A stretch of 64,000 nucleotides of DNA from Nemertoderma westbladi (taxonomy: Eukaryota; Animalia; Xenacoelomorpha): positions 1 through 64,000 of the forward strand of contig JAUCBJ010007443.1 of the NCBI GenBank assembly GCA_032718475.1, given 5' to 3'. The notes beneath the pieces are model-generated. The model was not told the origin of the DNA. It ran no database searches and was given only the letters and a program-made list of their open reading frames with translations. Each line of letters begins with the position of its first letter. The stretch's first letter is position 1. Both the position numbers and the translations under genes were made by a program. Positions 1 through 15,000 of the stretch are shown in pieces.

Positions 1-3000
1 CCGTGTTCCTATCAGTCCCACAGTACAGTTGGTTGTACACGTACAGGAGTTACAGTGTCGGCCGTGTTCCTATCAGTCCCACAGTACAGTTGGTTGTACA
101 CGTACAGGAGTTACAGTGTCGACCGTGTTCCTATCAGTCCCACAGTACAGTTGGTTGTACACGTACAGGAGTTACAGTGTCGGCCGTGTTCCTATCAGTC
201 CCACAGTACAGTTGGTTGTACACGTACAGGAGTTACAGTGTCGGCCGTGTTCCTATCAGTCCCACAGTACAGTTGGTTGTACACGTACAGGAGTTACAGT
301 GTCGGCCGTGTTCCTATCAGTCCCACAGTACAGTTGGTTGTACACGTACAGGAGTTACAGTGTCGACCGTGTTCCTATCAGTCCCACAGTACAGTTGGTT
401 GTACACGTACAGGAGTTACAGTGTCGGCCGTGTTCCTATCAGTCCCACAGTACAGTTGGTTGTACACGTACAGGAGTTACAGTGTCGACCGTGTTCCTAT
501 CAGTCCCACAGTACAGTTGGTTGTACACGTACAGGAGTTACAGTGTCGACCGTGTTCCTATCAGTCCCACAGTACAGTTGGTTGTACACGTACAGGAGTT
601 ACAGTGTCGGCCGTGTTCCAATCAGTCCCACAGTACAGTTGGTTGTACACGTACAGGAGTTACAGTGTCGACCGTGTTCCTATCAGTCCCACAGTACAGT
701 TGGTTGTACACGTACAGGAGTTACAGTGTCGGCCGTGTTCCAATCAGTCCCACAGTACAGTTGGTTGTACACGTACAGGAGTTACAGTGTCGGCCGTGTT
801 CCTATCAGTCCCACAGTACAGTTGGTTGTACACGTACAGGAGTTACAGTGTCGACCGTGTTCCTATCAGTCCCACAGTACAGTTGGTTGTACACGGTACA
901 GGAGTTACAGTGTCGGCCGTGTTCCAATCAGTCCCACAGTACAGTTGGTTGTACACGTACAGGAGTTACAGTGTCGGCCGTGTTCCTATCAGTCCCACAG
1001 TACAGTTGGTTGTACACGTACAGGAGTTACAGTGTCGACCGTGTTCCTATCAGTCCCACAGTACAGTTGGTTGTACACGTACAGGAGTTACAGTGTCGGC
1101 CGTGTTCCTATCAGTCCCACAGTACAGTTGGTTGTACACGTACAGGAGTTACAGTGTCGGCCGTGTTCCTATCAGTCCCACAGTACAGTTGGTTGTACAC
1201 GTACAGGAGTTACAGTGTCGACCGTGTTCCTATCAGTCCCACAGTACAGTTGGTTGTACACGTACAGGAGTTACAGTGTCGGCAGTGTTCCTATCAGTCC
1301 CACAGTACAGTTGGTTGTACACGTACAGGAGTTACAGTGTCGGCCGTGTTCCAATCAGTCCCACAGTACAGTTGGTTGTACACGTACAGGAGTTACAGTG
1401 TCGACCGTGTTCCTATCAGTCCCACAGTACAGTTGGTTGTACACGTACAGGAGTTACAGTGTCGGCAGTGTTCCTATCAGTCCCACAGTACAGTTGGTTG
1501 TACACGTACAGGAGTTACAGTGTCGGCCGTGTTCCTATCAGTCCCACAGTACAGTTGGTTGTACACGTACAGGAGTTACAGTGTCGGCAGTGTTCCTATC
1601 AGTCCCACAGTACAGTTGGTTGTACACGTACAGGAGTTACAGTGTCGGCCGTGTTCCTATCAGTCCCACAGTACAGTTGGTTGTACACGTACAGGAGTTA
1701 CAGTGTCGACCGTGTTCCTATCAGTCCCACAGTACAGTTGGTTGTACACGTACAGGAGTTACAGTGTCGGCAGTGTTCCAATCAGTCCCACAGTACAGTT
1801 GGTTGTACACGTACAGGAGTTACAGTATCGGCCATGTTCCTATCAGTCCCACAGTACAGTTGGTTGTACACGTACAGGAGTTACAGTATCGGCCGTGTTC
1901 CTATCAGTCCCACAGTACAGTTGGTTGTACACGTACAGGAGTTACAGTGTCGGCCGTGTTCCAATCAGTCCCACAGTACAGTTGGTTGTACACGTACAGG
2001 AGTTACAGTGTCGGCCGTGTTCCAATCAGTCCCACAGTACAGTTGGTTGTACACGTACAGGAGTTACAGTGTCGGCCGTGTTCCTATCAGTCCCACAGTA
2101 CAGTTGGTTGTACACGTACAGGAGTTACAGTGTCGACCGTGTTCCAATCAGTCCCACAGTACAGTTGGTTGTACACGTACAGGAGTTACAGTATCGAACA
2201 TGTTCCTATCAGTCCCACAGTACAGTTGGTTGTACACGTACAGGAGTTACAGTGTCGGCCGTGTTCCAATCAGTCCCACAGTACAGTTGGTTGTACACGT
2301 ACAGGAGTTACAGTATCGAACATGTTCCTATCAGTCCCACAGTACAGTTGGTTGTACACGTACAGGAGTTACAGTGTCGGCCATGTTCCAATCAGTCCCA
2401 CAGTACAGTTGGTTGTACACGTACAGGAGTTACAGTGTCGGCCGTGTTCCTATCAGTCCCACAGTACAGTTGGTTGTACACGTACAGGAGTTACAGTGTC
2501 GGCCGTGTTCCTATCAGTCCCACAGTACAGTTGGTTGTACACGTACAGGAGTTACAGTGTCGGCCGTGTTCCAATCAGTCCCACAGTACAGTTGGTTGTA
2601 CACGTACAGGAGTTACAGTGTCGACCGTGTTCCTATCAGTCCCACAGTACAGTTGGTTGTACACGTACAGGAGTTACAGTGTCGGCCATGTTCCAATCAG
2701 TCCCACAGTACAGTTGGTTGTACACGTACAGGAGTTACAGTGTCGGCCATGTTCCTATCAGTCCCACAGTACAGTTGGTTGTACACGTACAGGAGTTACA
2801 GTATCGAACATGTTCCTATCAGTCCCACAGTACAGTTGGTTGTACACGTACAGGAGTTACAGTGTCGGCCGTGTTCCTATCAGTCCCACAGTACAGTTGG
2901 TTGTACACGTACAGGAGTTACAGTGTCGGCCGTGTTCCTATCAGTCCCACAGTACAGTTGGTTGTACACGTACAGGAGTTACAGTGTCGGCCGTGTTCCA

Positions 3001-6000
3001 ATCAGTCCCACAGTACAGTTGGTTGTACACGTACAGGAGTTACAGTGTCGGCCGTGTTCCTATCAGTCCCACAGTACAGTTGGTTGTACACGTACAGGAG
3101 TTACAGTGTCGACCGTGTTCCTATCAGTCCCACAGTACAGTTGGTTGTACACGTACAGGAGTTACAGTGTCGGCCGTGTTCCAATCAGTCCCACAGTACA
3201 GTTGGTTGTACACGTACAGGAGTTACAGTGTCGGCCGTGTTCCAATCAGTCCCACAGTACAGTTGGTTGTACACGTACAGGAGTTACAGTGTCGACCGTG
3301 TTCCTATCAGTCCCACAGTACAGTTGGTTGTACACGTACAGGAGTTACAGTGTCGGCCGTGTTCCAATCAGTCCCACAGTACAGTTGGTTGTACACGTAC
3401 AGGAGTTACAGTGTCGGCCGTGTTCCAATCAGTCCCACAGTACAGTTGGTTGTACACGTACAGGAGTTACAGTGTCGGCCGTGTTCCAATCAGTCCCACA
3501 GTACAGTTGGTTGTACACGTACAGGAGTTACAGTGTCGGCCGTGTTCCAATCAGTCCCACAGTACAGTTGGTTGTACACGTACAGGAGTTACAGTGTCGG
3601 CCGTGTTCCTATCAGTCCCACAGTACAGTTGGTTGTACACGTACAGGAGTTACAGTGTCGACCGTGTTCCTATCAGTCCCACAGTACAGTTGGTTGTACA
3701 CGTACAGGAGTTACAGTATCGAACATGTTCCTATCAGTCCCACAGTACAGTTGGTTGTACACGTACAGGAGTTACAGTGTCGGCCGTGTTCCTATCAGTC
3801 CCACAGTACAGTTGGTTGTACACGTACAGGAGTTACAGTGTCGGCCGTGTTCCAATCAGTCCCACAGTACAGTTGGTTGTACACGTACAGGAGTTACAGT
3901 GTCGGCCGTGTTCCTATCAGTCCCACAGTACAGTTGGTTGTACACGTACAGGAGTTACAGTATCGAACATGTTCCTATCAGTCCCACAGTACAGTTGGTT
4001 GTACACGTACAGGAGTTACAGTGTCGAACATGTTCCTATCAGTCCCACAGTACAGTTGGTTGTACACGTACAGGAGTTACAGTGTCGGCAGTGTTCCAAT
4101 CAGTCCCACAGTACAGTTGGTTGTACACGTACAGGAGTTACAGTATCGAACATGTTCCTATCAGTCCCACAGTACAGTTGGTTGTACACGTACAGGAGTT
4201 ACAGTGTCGGCCGTGTTCCTATCAGTCCCACAGTACAGTTGGTTGTACACGTACAGGAGTTACAGTATCGAACATGTTCCTATCAGTCCCACAGTACAGT
4301 TGGTTGTACACGTACAGGAGTTACAGTGTCGACCGTGTTCCTATCAGTCCCACAGTACAGTTGGTTGTACACGTACAGGAGTTACAGTATCGAACATGTT
4401 CCTATCAGTCCCACAGTACAGTTGGTTGTACACGTACAGGAGTTACAGTGTCGGCAGTGTTCCAATCAGTCCCACAGTACAGTTGGTTGTACACGTACAG
4501 GAGTTACAGTGCCGGCCGTGTTCCAATCTGTCCCACAGTACAGTTGGTTGTACACGTACAGGAGTTACAGTGTCGGCCGTGTTCCAATCAGTCCCACAGT
4601 ACAGTTGGTTGTACACGTACAGGAGTTACAGTGTCGGCAGTGTTCCTATCAGTCCCACAGTACAGTTGGTTGTACACGTACAGGAGTTACAGTGTCGGCA
4701 GTGTTCCAATCAGTCCCACAGTACAGTTGGTTGTACACGTACAGGAGTTACAGTGTCGGCCGTGTTCCCATCAGTCCCACAGTACAGTTGGTTGTACACG
4801 TACAGGAGTTACAGTGTCGGCCGTGTTCCCATCAGTCCCACAGTACAGTTGGTTGTACACGTACAGGAGTTACAGTGCCGGCCGTGTTCCAATCAGTCCC
4901 ACAGTACAGTTGGTTGTACACGTACAGGAGTTACAGTGTCGGCCGTGTTCCAATCAGTCCCACAGTACAGTTGGTTGTACACGTACAGGAGTTACAGTGT
5001 CGGCCGTGTTCCAATCAGTCCCACAGTACAGTTGGTTGTACACGTACAGGAGTTACAGTGTCGGCCGTGTTCCTATCAGTCCCACAGTACAGTTGGTTGT
5101 ACACGTACAGGAGTTACAGTGTCGACCGTGTTCCTATCAGTCCCACAGTACAGTTGGTTGTACACGTACAGGAGTTACAGTGTCGACCGTGTTCCAATCA
5201 GTCCCACAGTACAGTTGGTTGTACACGTACAGGAGTTACAGTGTCGGCCGTGTTCCAATCAGTCCCACAGTACAGTTGGTTGTACACGTACAGGAGTTAC
5301 AGTGTCGGCCATGTTCCAATCAGTCCCACAGTACAGTTGGTTGTACACGTACAGGAGTTACAGTGTCGGCCGTGTTCCAATCAGTCCCACAGTACAGTTG
5401 GTTGTACACGTACAGGAGTTACAGTGTCGGCCATGTTCTAATCAGTCCCACAGTAGAGTTGGTTGTACACGTACAGGAGTTACAGTGTCGGCCATGTTCT
5501 AATCAGTCCCACAGTACAGTTGGTTGTACACGTACAGGAGTTACAGTGTCGACCGTGTTCCAATCAGTCCCACAGTACAGTTGGTTGTACACGTACAGGA
5601 GTTACAGTGTCGGCCATGTTCCAATCAGTCCCACAGTACAGTTGGTTGTACACGTACAGGAGTTACAGTGTCGGCCGTGTTCCAATCAGTCCCACAGTAC
5701 AGTTGGTTGTACACGTACAGGAGTTACAGTGTCGGCCGTGTTCCTATCAGTCCCACAGTACAGTTGGTTGTACACGTACAGGAGTTACAGTGTCGGCAGT
5801 GTTCCAATCAGTCCCACAGTACAGTTGGTTGTACACGTACAGGAGTTACAGTGTCGGCCGTGTTCCCATCAGTCCCACAGTACAGTTGGTTGTACACGTA
5901 CAGGAGTTACAGTGTCGGCCGTGTTCCCATCAGTCCCACAGTACAGTTGGTTGTACACGTACAGGAGTTACAGTGCCGGCCGTGTTCCAATCAGTCCCAC

Positions 6001-9000
6001 AGTACAGTTGGTTGTACACGTACAGGAGTTACAGTGTCGGCCGTGTTCCAATCAGTCCCACAGTACAGTTGGTTGTACACGTACAGGAGTTACAGTGTCG
6101 GCCGTGTTCCAATCAGTCCCACAGTACAGTTGGTTGTACACGTACAGGAGTTACAGTGTCGGCCGTGTTCCAATCAGTCCCACAGTACAGTTGGTTGTAC
6201 ACGTACAGGAGTTACAGTGTCGGCCGTGTTCCAATCAGTCCCACAGTACAGTTGGTTGTACACGTACAGGAGTTACAGTGTCGGCCGTGTTCCAATCAGT
6301 CCCACAGTACAGTTGGTTGTACACGTACAGGAGTTACAGTGTCGGCCGTGTTCCAATCAGTCCCACAGTACAGTTGGTTGTACACGTACAGGAGTTACAG
6401 TGTCGGCCGTGTTCCAATCAGTCCCACAGTACAGTTGGTTGTACACGTACAGGAGTTACAGTGTCGGCCGTGTTCCTATCAGTCCCACAGTACAGTTGGT
6501 TGTACACGTACAGGAGTTACAGTGTCGGCCGTGTTCCTATCAGTCCCACAGTACAGTTGGTTGTACACGTACAGGAGTTACAGTGTCGGCCATGTTCTAA
6601 TCAGTCCCACAGTAGAGTTGGTTGTACACGTACAGGAGTTACAGTGTCGGCCATGTTCCTAATCAGTCCCACAGTACAGTTGGTTGTACACGTACAGGAG
6701 TTACAGTGTCGACCGTGTTCCAATCAGTCCCACAGTACAGTTGGTTGTACACGTACAGGAGTTACAGTGTCGGCCATGTTCCAATCAGTCCCACAGTACA
6801 GTTGGTTGTACACGTACAGGAGTTACAGTGTCGGCCGTGTTCCAATCAGTCCCACAGTACAGTTGGTTGTACACGTACAGGAGTTACAGTGTCGGCCGTG
6901 TTCCTATCAGTCCCACAGTACAGTTGGTTGTACACGTACAGGAGTTACAGTGTCGACCGTGTTCCAATCAGTCCCACAGTACAGTTGGTTGTACACGTAC
7001 AGGAGTTACAGTGTCGGCCGTGTTCCAATCAGTCCCACAGTACAGTTGGTTGTACACGTACAGGAGTTACAGTGTCGGCCGTGTTCCAATCAGTCCCACA
7101 GTACAGTTGGTTGTACACGTACAGGAGTTACAGTGTCGGCCGTGTTCCTATCAGTCCCACAGTACAGTTGGTTGTACACGTACAGGAGTTACAGTATCGA
7201 ACATGTTCCTATCAGTCCCACAGTACAGTTGGTTGTACACGTACAGGAGTTACAGTGTCGGCCGTGTTCCTATCAGTCCCACAGTACAGTTGGTTGTACA
7301 CGTACAGGAGTTACAGTATCGGCCGTGTTCCAATCAGTCCCACAGTACAGTTGGTTGTACACGTACAGGAGTTACAGTGTCGGCCGTGTTCCAATCAGTC
7401 CCACAGTACAGTTGGTTGTACACGTACAGGAGTTACAGTATCGAACATGTTCCTATCAGTCCCACAGTACAGTTGGTTGTACACGTACAGGAGTTACAGT
7501 GTCGGCCGTGTTCCTATCAGTCCCACAGTACAGTTGGTTGTACACGTACAGGAGTTACAGTATCGAACATGTTCCTATCAGTCCCACAGTACAGTTGGTT
7601 GTACACGTACAGGAGTTACAGTGTCGGCCGTGTTCCTATCAGTCCCACAGTACAGTTGGTTGTACACGTACAGGAGTTACAGTATCGGCCGTGTTCCAAT
7701 CAGTCCCACAGTACAGTTGGTTGTACACGTACAGGAGTTACAGTGTCGGCCGTGTTCCAATCAGTCCCACAGTACAGTTGGTTGTACACGTACAGGAGTT
7801 ACAGTGTCGGCCGTGTTCCAATCAGTCCCACAGTACAGTTGGTTGTACACGTACAGGAGTTACAGTGTCGGCCGTGTTCCAATCAGTCCCACAGTACAGT
7901 TGGTTGTACACGTACAGGAGTTACAGTGTCGGCCGTGTTCCTATCAGTCCCACAGTACAGTTGGTTGTACACGTACAGGAGTTACAGTGTCGAACATGTT
8001 CCAATCAGTCCCACAGTACAGTTGGTTGTACACGTACAGGAGTTACAGTGTCGACCGTGTTCCTATCAGTCCCACAGTACAGTTGGTTGTACACGTACAG
8101 GAGTTACAGTGTCGAACATGTTCCAATCAGTCCCACAGTACAGTTGGTTGTACACGTACAGGAGTTACAGTGTCGGCCGTGTTCCTATCAGTCCCACAGT
8201 ACAGTTGGTTGTACACGTACAGGAGTTACAGTGTCGAACATGTTCCAATCAGTCCCACAGTACAGTTGGTTGTACACGTACAGGAGTTACAGTGTCGGCC
8301 GTGTTCCTATCCGTCCCACAGTACAGTTGGTTGTACACGTACAGGAGTTACAGTGTCGGCCGTGTTCCTATCCGTCCCACAGTACAGTTGGTTGTACACG
8401 TACAGGAGTTACAGTGTCGAACATGTTCCAATCAGTCCCACAGTACAGTTGGTTGTACACGTACAGGAGTTACAGTGTCGGCCGTGTTCCTATCCGTCCC
8501 ACAGTACAGTTGGTTGTACACGTACAGGAGTTACAGTGTCGAACATGTTCCAATCAGTCCCACAGTACAGTTGGTTGTACACGTACAGGAGTTACAGTGT
8601 CGGCCATGTTCCAATCAGTCCCACAGTACAGTTGGTTGTACACGTACAGGAGTTACAGTGTCGGCCATGTTCCAATCAGTCCCACAGTACAGTTGGTTGT
8701 ACACGTACAGGAGTTACAGTATCGAACATGTTCCTATCAGTCCCACAGTACAGTTGGTTGTACACGTACAGGAGTTACAGTGTCGACCGTGTTCCTATCA
8801 GTCCCACAGTACAGTTGGTTGTACACGTACAGGAGTTACAGTGTCGGCCGTGTTCCAATCAGTCCCACAGTACAGTTGGTTGTACACGTACAGGAGTTAC
8901 AGTGTCGGCCGTGTTCCAATCAGTCCCACAGTACAGTTGGTTGTACACGTACAGGAGTTACAGTGTCGAACATGTTCCTATCAGTCCCACAGTACAGTTG

Positions 9001-12000
9001 GTTGTACACGTACAGGAGTTACAGTGCCGGCCGTGTTCCAATCAGTCCCACAGTACAGTTGGTTGTACACGTACAGGAGTTACAGTGTCGGCCGTGTTCC
9101 AATCAGTCCCACAGTACAGTTGGTTGTACACGTACAGGAGTTACAGTGTCGGCCGTGTTCCTATCAGTCCCACAGTACAGTTGGTTGTACACGTACAGGA
9201 GTTACAGTGTCGGCCGTGTTCCTATCAGTCCCACAGTACAGTTGGTTGTACACGTACAGGAGTTACAGTATCGAACATGTTCCTATCAGTCCCACAGTAC
9301 AGTTGGTTGTACACGTACAGGAGTTACAGTGTCGACCGTGTTCCTATCAGTCCCACAGTACAGTTGGTTGTACACGTACAGGAGTTACAGTGTCGGCCGT
9401 GTTCCAATCAGTCCCACAGTACAGTTGGTTGTACACGTACAGGAGTTACAGTGTCGGCCGTGTTCCAATCAGTCCCACAGTACAGTTGGTTGTACACGTA
9501 CAGGAGTTACAGTGTCGGCCGTGTTCCTATCAGTCCCACAGTACAGTTGGTTGTACACGTACAGGAGTTACAGTGTCGACCGTGTTCCTATCAGTCCCAC
9601 AGTACAGTTGGTTGTACACGTACAGGAGTTACAGTGTCGGCCATGTTCCAATCAGTCCCACAGTACAGTTGGTTGTACACGTACAGGAGTTACAGTGTCG
9701 GCCGTGTTCCAATCAGTCCCACAGTACAGTTGGTTGTACACGTACAGGAGTTACAGTGTCGGCCGTGTTCCAATCAGTCCCACAGTACAGTTGGTTGTAC
9801 ACGTACAGGAGTTACAGTGTCGGCCGTGTTCCAATCAGTCCCACAGTACAGTTGGTTGTACACGTACAGGAGTTACAGTGTCGGCCGTGTTCCTATCAGT
9901 CCCACAGTACAGTTGGTTGTACACGTACAGGAGTTACAGTGTCGGCCGTGTTCCTATCAGTCCCACAGTACAGTTGGTTGTACACGTACAGGAGTTACAG
10001 TGTCGACCGTGTTCCTATCAGTCCCACAGTACAGTTGGTTGTACACGTACAGGAGTTACAGTGTCGGCCATGTTCCTATCAGTCCCACAGTACAGTTGGT
10101 TGTACACGTACAGGAGTTACAGTGTCGACCGTGTTCCTATCAGTCCCACAGTACAGTTGGTTGTACACGTACAGGAGTTACAGTGTCGGCCGTGTTCCAA
10201 TCAGTCCCACAGTACAGTTGGTTGTACACGTACAGGAGTTACAGTGTCGGCCATGTTCCAATCAGTCCCACAGTACAGTTGGTTGTACACGTACAGGAGT
10301 TACAGTGTCGGCCGTGTTCCTATCAGTCCCACAGTACAGTTGGTTGTACACGTACAGGAGTTACAGTGTCGACCGTGTTCCTATCAGTCCCACAGTACAG
10401 TTGGTTGTACACGTACAGGAGTTACAGTGTCGACCGTGTTCCTATCAGTCCCACAGTACAGTTGGTTGTACACGTACAGGAGTTACAGTGTCGGCCGTGT
10501 TCCTATCAGTCCCACAGTACAGTTGGTTGTACACGTACAGGAGTTACAGTGTCGGCCGTGTTCCTATCAGTCCCACAGTACAGTTGGTTGTACACGTACA
10601 GGAGTTACAGTGTCGGCCGTGTTCCTATCAGTCCCACAGTACAGTTGGTTGTACACGTACAGGAGTTACAGTGTCGGCCGTGTTCCAATCAGTCCCACAG
10701 TACAGTTGGTTGTACACGTACAGGAGTTACAGTGTCGGCCGTGTTCCTATCAGTCCCACAGTACAGTTGGTTGTACACGTACAGGAGTTACAGTGTCGAC
10801 CGTGTTCCTATCAGTCCCACAGTACAGTTGGTTGTACACGTACAGGAGTTACAGTGTCGGCCGTGTTCCAATCAGTCCCACAGTACAGTTGGTTGTACAC
10901 GTACAGGAGTTACAGTGTCGGCCGTGTTCCTATCAGTCCCACAGTACAGTTGGTTGTACACGTACAGGAGTTACAGTGTCGGCCGTGTTCCTATCAGTCC
11001 CACAGTACAGTTGGTTGTACACGTACAGGAGTTACAGTGTCGGCCATGTTCCAATCAGTCCCACAGTACAGTTGGTTGTACACGTACAGGAGTTACAGTG
11101 TCGACCGTGTTCCTATCAGTCCCACAGTACAGTTGGTTGTACACGTACAGGAGTTACAGTGTCGGCCAGTGTTCCAATCAGTCCCACAGTACAGTTGGTT
11201 GTACACGTACAGGAGTTACAGTGTCGGCCATGTTCCTATCAGTCCCACAGTACAGTTGGTTGTACACGTACAGGAGTTACAGTGTCGACCGTGTTCCTAT
11301 CAGTCCCACAGTACAGTTGGTTGTACACGTACAGGAGTTACAGTGTCGGCCGTGTTCCAATCAGTCCCACAGTACAGTTGGTTGTACACGTACAGGAGTT
11401 ACAGTGTCGGCCGTGTTCCTATCAGTCCCACAGTACAGTTGGTTGTACACGTACAGGAGTTACAGTGTCGGCCGTGTTCCTATCAGTCCCACAGTACAGT
11501 TGGTTGTACACGTACAGGAGTTACAGTGTCGACCGTGTTCCTATCAGTCCCACAGTACAGTTGGTTGTACACGTACAGGAGTTACAGTGTCGGCCATGTT
11601 CCTATCAGTCCCACAGTACAGTTGGTTGTACACGTACAGGAGTTACAGTGTCGACCGTGTTCCTATCAGTCCCACAGTACAGTTGGTTGTACACGTACAG
11701 GAGTTACAGTGTCGGCCGTGTTCCAATCAGTCCCACAGTACAGTTGGTTGTACACGTACAGGAGTTACAGTGTCGGCCATGTTCCAATCAGTCCCACAGT
11801 ACAGTTGGTTGTACACGTACAGGAGTTACAGTGTCGGCCGTGTTCCAATCAGTCCCACAGTACAGTTGGTTGTACACGTACAGGAGTTACAGTGTCGGCC
11901 ATGTTCCAATCAGTCCCACAGTACAGTTGGTTGTACACGTACAGGAGTTACAGTGTCGGCCGTGTTCCAATCAGTCCCACAGTACAGTTGGTTGTACACG

Positions 12001-15000
12001 TACAGGAGTTACAGTGTCGGCCGTGTTCCTATCAGTCCCACAGTACAGTTGGTTGTACACGTACAGGAGTTACAGTGTCGACCGTGTTCCTATCAGTCCC
12101 ACAGTACAGTTGGTTGTACACGTACAGGAGTTACAGTATCGAACATGTTCCTATCAGTCCCACAGTACAGTTGGTTGTACACGTACAGGAGTTACAGTGT
12201 CGACCGTGTTCCTATCAGTCCCACAGTACAGTTGGTTGTACACGTACAGGAGTTACAGTGTCGGCCATGTTCCTATCAGTCCCACAGTACAGTTGGTTGT
12301 ACACGTACAGGAGTTACAGTGTCGGCAGTGTTCCAATCAGTCCCACAGTACAGTTGGTTGTACACGTACAGGAGTTACAGTGTCGGCCGTGTTCCTATCA
12401 GTCCCACAGTACAGTTGGTTGTACACGTACAGGAGTTACAGTGTCGGCCGTGTTCCAATCAGTCCCACAGTACAGTTGGTTGTACACGTACAGGAGTTAC
12501 AGTGTCGGCCGTGTTCCCATCAGTCCCACAGTACAGTTGGTTGTACACGTACAGGAGTTACAGTGTCGGCCGTGTTCCAATCAGTCCCACAGTACAGTTG
12601 GTTGTACACGTACAGGAGTTACAGTGTCGGCCGTGTTCCAATCAGTCCCACAGTACAGTTGGTTGTACACGTACAGGAGTTACAGTGTCGGCCGTGTTCC
12701 AATCAGTCCCACAGTACAGTTGGTTGTACACGTACAGGAGTTACAGTGTCGGCCGTGTTCCAATCAGTCCCACAGTACAGTTGGTTGTACACGTACAGGA
12801 GTTACAGTGTCGGCCGTGTTCCAATCAGTCCCACAGTACAGTTGGTTGTACACGTACAGGAGTTACAGTGTCGGCCGTGTTCCAATCAGTCCCACAGTAC
12901 AGTTGGTTGTACACGTACAGGAGTTACAGTGTCGGCCGTGTTCCAATCAGTCCCACAGTACAGTTGGTTGTACACGTACAGGAGTTACAGTGTCGGCCGT
13001 GTTCCAATCAGTCCCACAGTACAGTTGGTTGTACACGTACAGGAGTTACAGTGTCGGCCGTGTTCCAATCAGTCCCACAGTACAGTTGGTTGTACACGTA
13101 CAGGAGTTACAGTGTCGGCCGTGTTCCTATCAGTCCCACAGTACAGTTGGTTGTACACGTACAGGAGTTACAGTGTCGGCCATGTTCTAATCAGTCCCAC
13201 AGTAGAGTTGGTTGTACACGTACAGGAGTTACAGTGTCGGCCATGTTCTAATCAGTCCCACAGTACAGTTGGTTGTACACGTACAGGAGTTACAGTGTCG
13301 ACCGTGTTCCAATCAGTCCCACAGTACAGTTGGTTGTACACGTACAGGAGTTACAGTGTCGGCCATGTTCCAATCAGTCCCACAGTACAGTTGGTTGTAC
13401 ACGTACAGGAGTTACAGTGTCGGCCGTGTTCCAATCAGTCCCACAGTACAGTTGGTTGTACACGTACAGGAGTTACAGTGTCGGCCGTGTTCCTATCAGT
13501 CCCACAGTACAGTTGGTTGTACACGTACAGGAGTTACAGTGTCGACCGTGTTCCAATCAGTCCCACAGTACAGTTGGTTGTACACGTACAGGAGTTACAG
13601 TGTCGGCCGTGTTCCAATCAGTCCCACAGTACAGTTGGTTGTACACGTACAGGAGTTACAGTGTCGGCCGTGTTCCAATCAGTCCCACAGTACAGTTGGT
13701 TGTACACGTACAGGAGTTACAGTGTCGGCCGTGTTCCTATCAGTCCCACAGTACAGTTGGTTGTACACGTACAGGAGTTACAGTATCGAACATGTTCCTA
13801 TCAGTCCCACAGTACAGTTGGTTGTACACGTACAGGAGTTACAGTGTCGACCGTGTTCCTATCAGTCCCACAGTACAGTTGGTTGTACACGTACAGGAGT
13901 TACAGTGTCGGCCGTGTTCCTATCAGTCCCACAGTACAGTTGGTTGTACACGTACAGGAGTTACAGTGTCGAACATGTTCCAATCAGTCCCACAGTACAG
14001 TTGGTTGTACACGTACAGGAGTTACAGTGTCGACCGTGTTCCTATCAGTCCCACAGTACAGTTGGTTGTACACGTACAGGAGTTACAGTGTCGAACATGT
14101 TCCAATCAGTCCCACAGTACAGTTGGTTGTACACGTACAGGAGTTACAGTGTCGGCCGTGTTCCTATCAGTCCCACAGTACAGTTGGTTGTACACGTACA
14201 GGAGTTACAGTGTCGAACATGTTCCAATCAGTCCCACAGTACAGTTGGTTGTACACGTACAGGAGTTACAGTGTCGGCCGTGTTCCTATCCGTCCCACAG
14301 TACAGTTGGTTGTACACGTACAGGAGTTACAGTGTCGGCCGTGTTCCTATCCGTCCCACAGTACAGTTGGTTGTACACGTACAGGAGTTACAGTGTCGAA
14401 CATGTTCCAATCAGTCCCACAGTACAGTTGGTTGTACACGTACAGGAGTTACAGTGTCGGCCGTGTTCCTATCCGTCCCACAGTACAGTTGGTTGTACAC
14501 GTACAGGAGTTACAGTGTCGAACATGTTCCAATCAGTCCCACAGTACAGTTGGTTGTACACGTACAGGAGTTACAGTGTCGGCCGTGTTCCTATCAGTCC
14601 CACAGTACAGTTGGTTGTACACGTACAGGAGTTACAGTGTCGGCAGTGTTCCAATCAGTCCCACAGTACAGTTGGTTGTACACGTACAGGAGTTACAGTG
14701 TCGGCCGTGTTCCCATCAGTCCCACAGTACAGTTGGTTGTACACGTACAGGAGTTACAGTGTCGGCCGTGTTCCCATCAGTCCCACAGTACAGTTGGTTG
14801 TACACGTACAGGAGTTACAGTGCCGGCCGTGTTCCAATCAGTCCCACAGTACAGTTGGTTGTACACGTACAGGAGTTACAGTGTCGGCCGTGTTCCAATC
14901 AGTCCCACAGTACAGTTGGTTGTACACGTACAGGAGTTACAGTGTCGGCCGTGTTCCAATCAGTCCCACAGTACAGTTGGTTGTACACGTACAGGAGTTA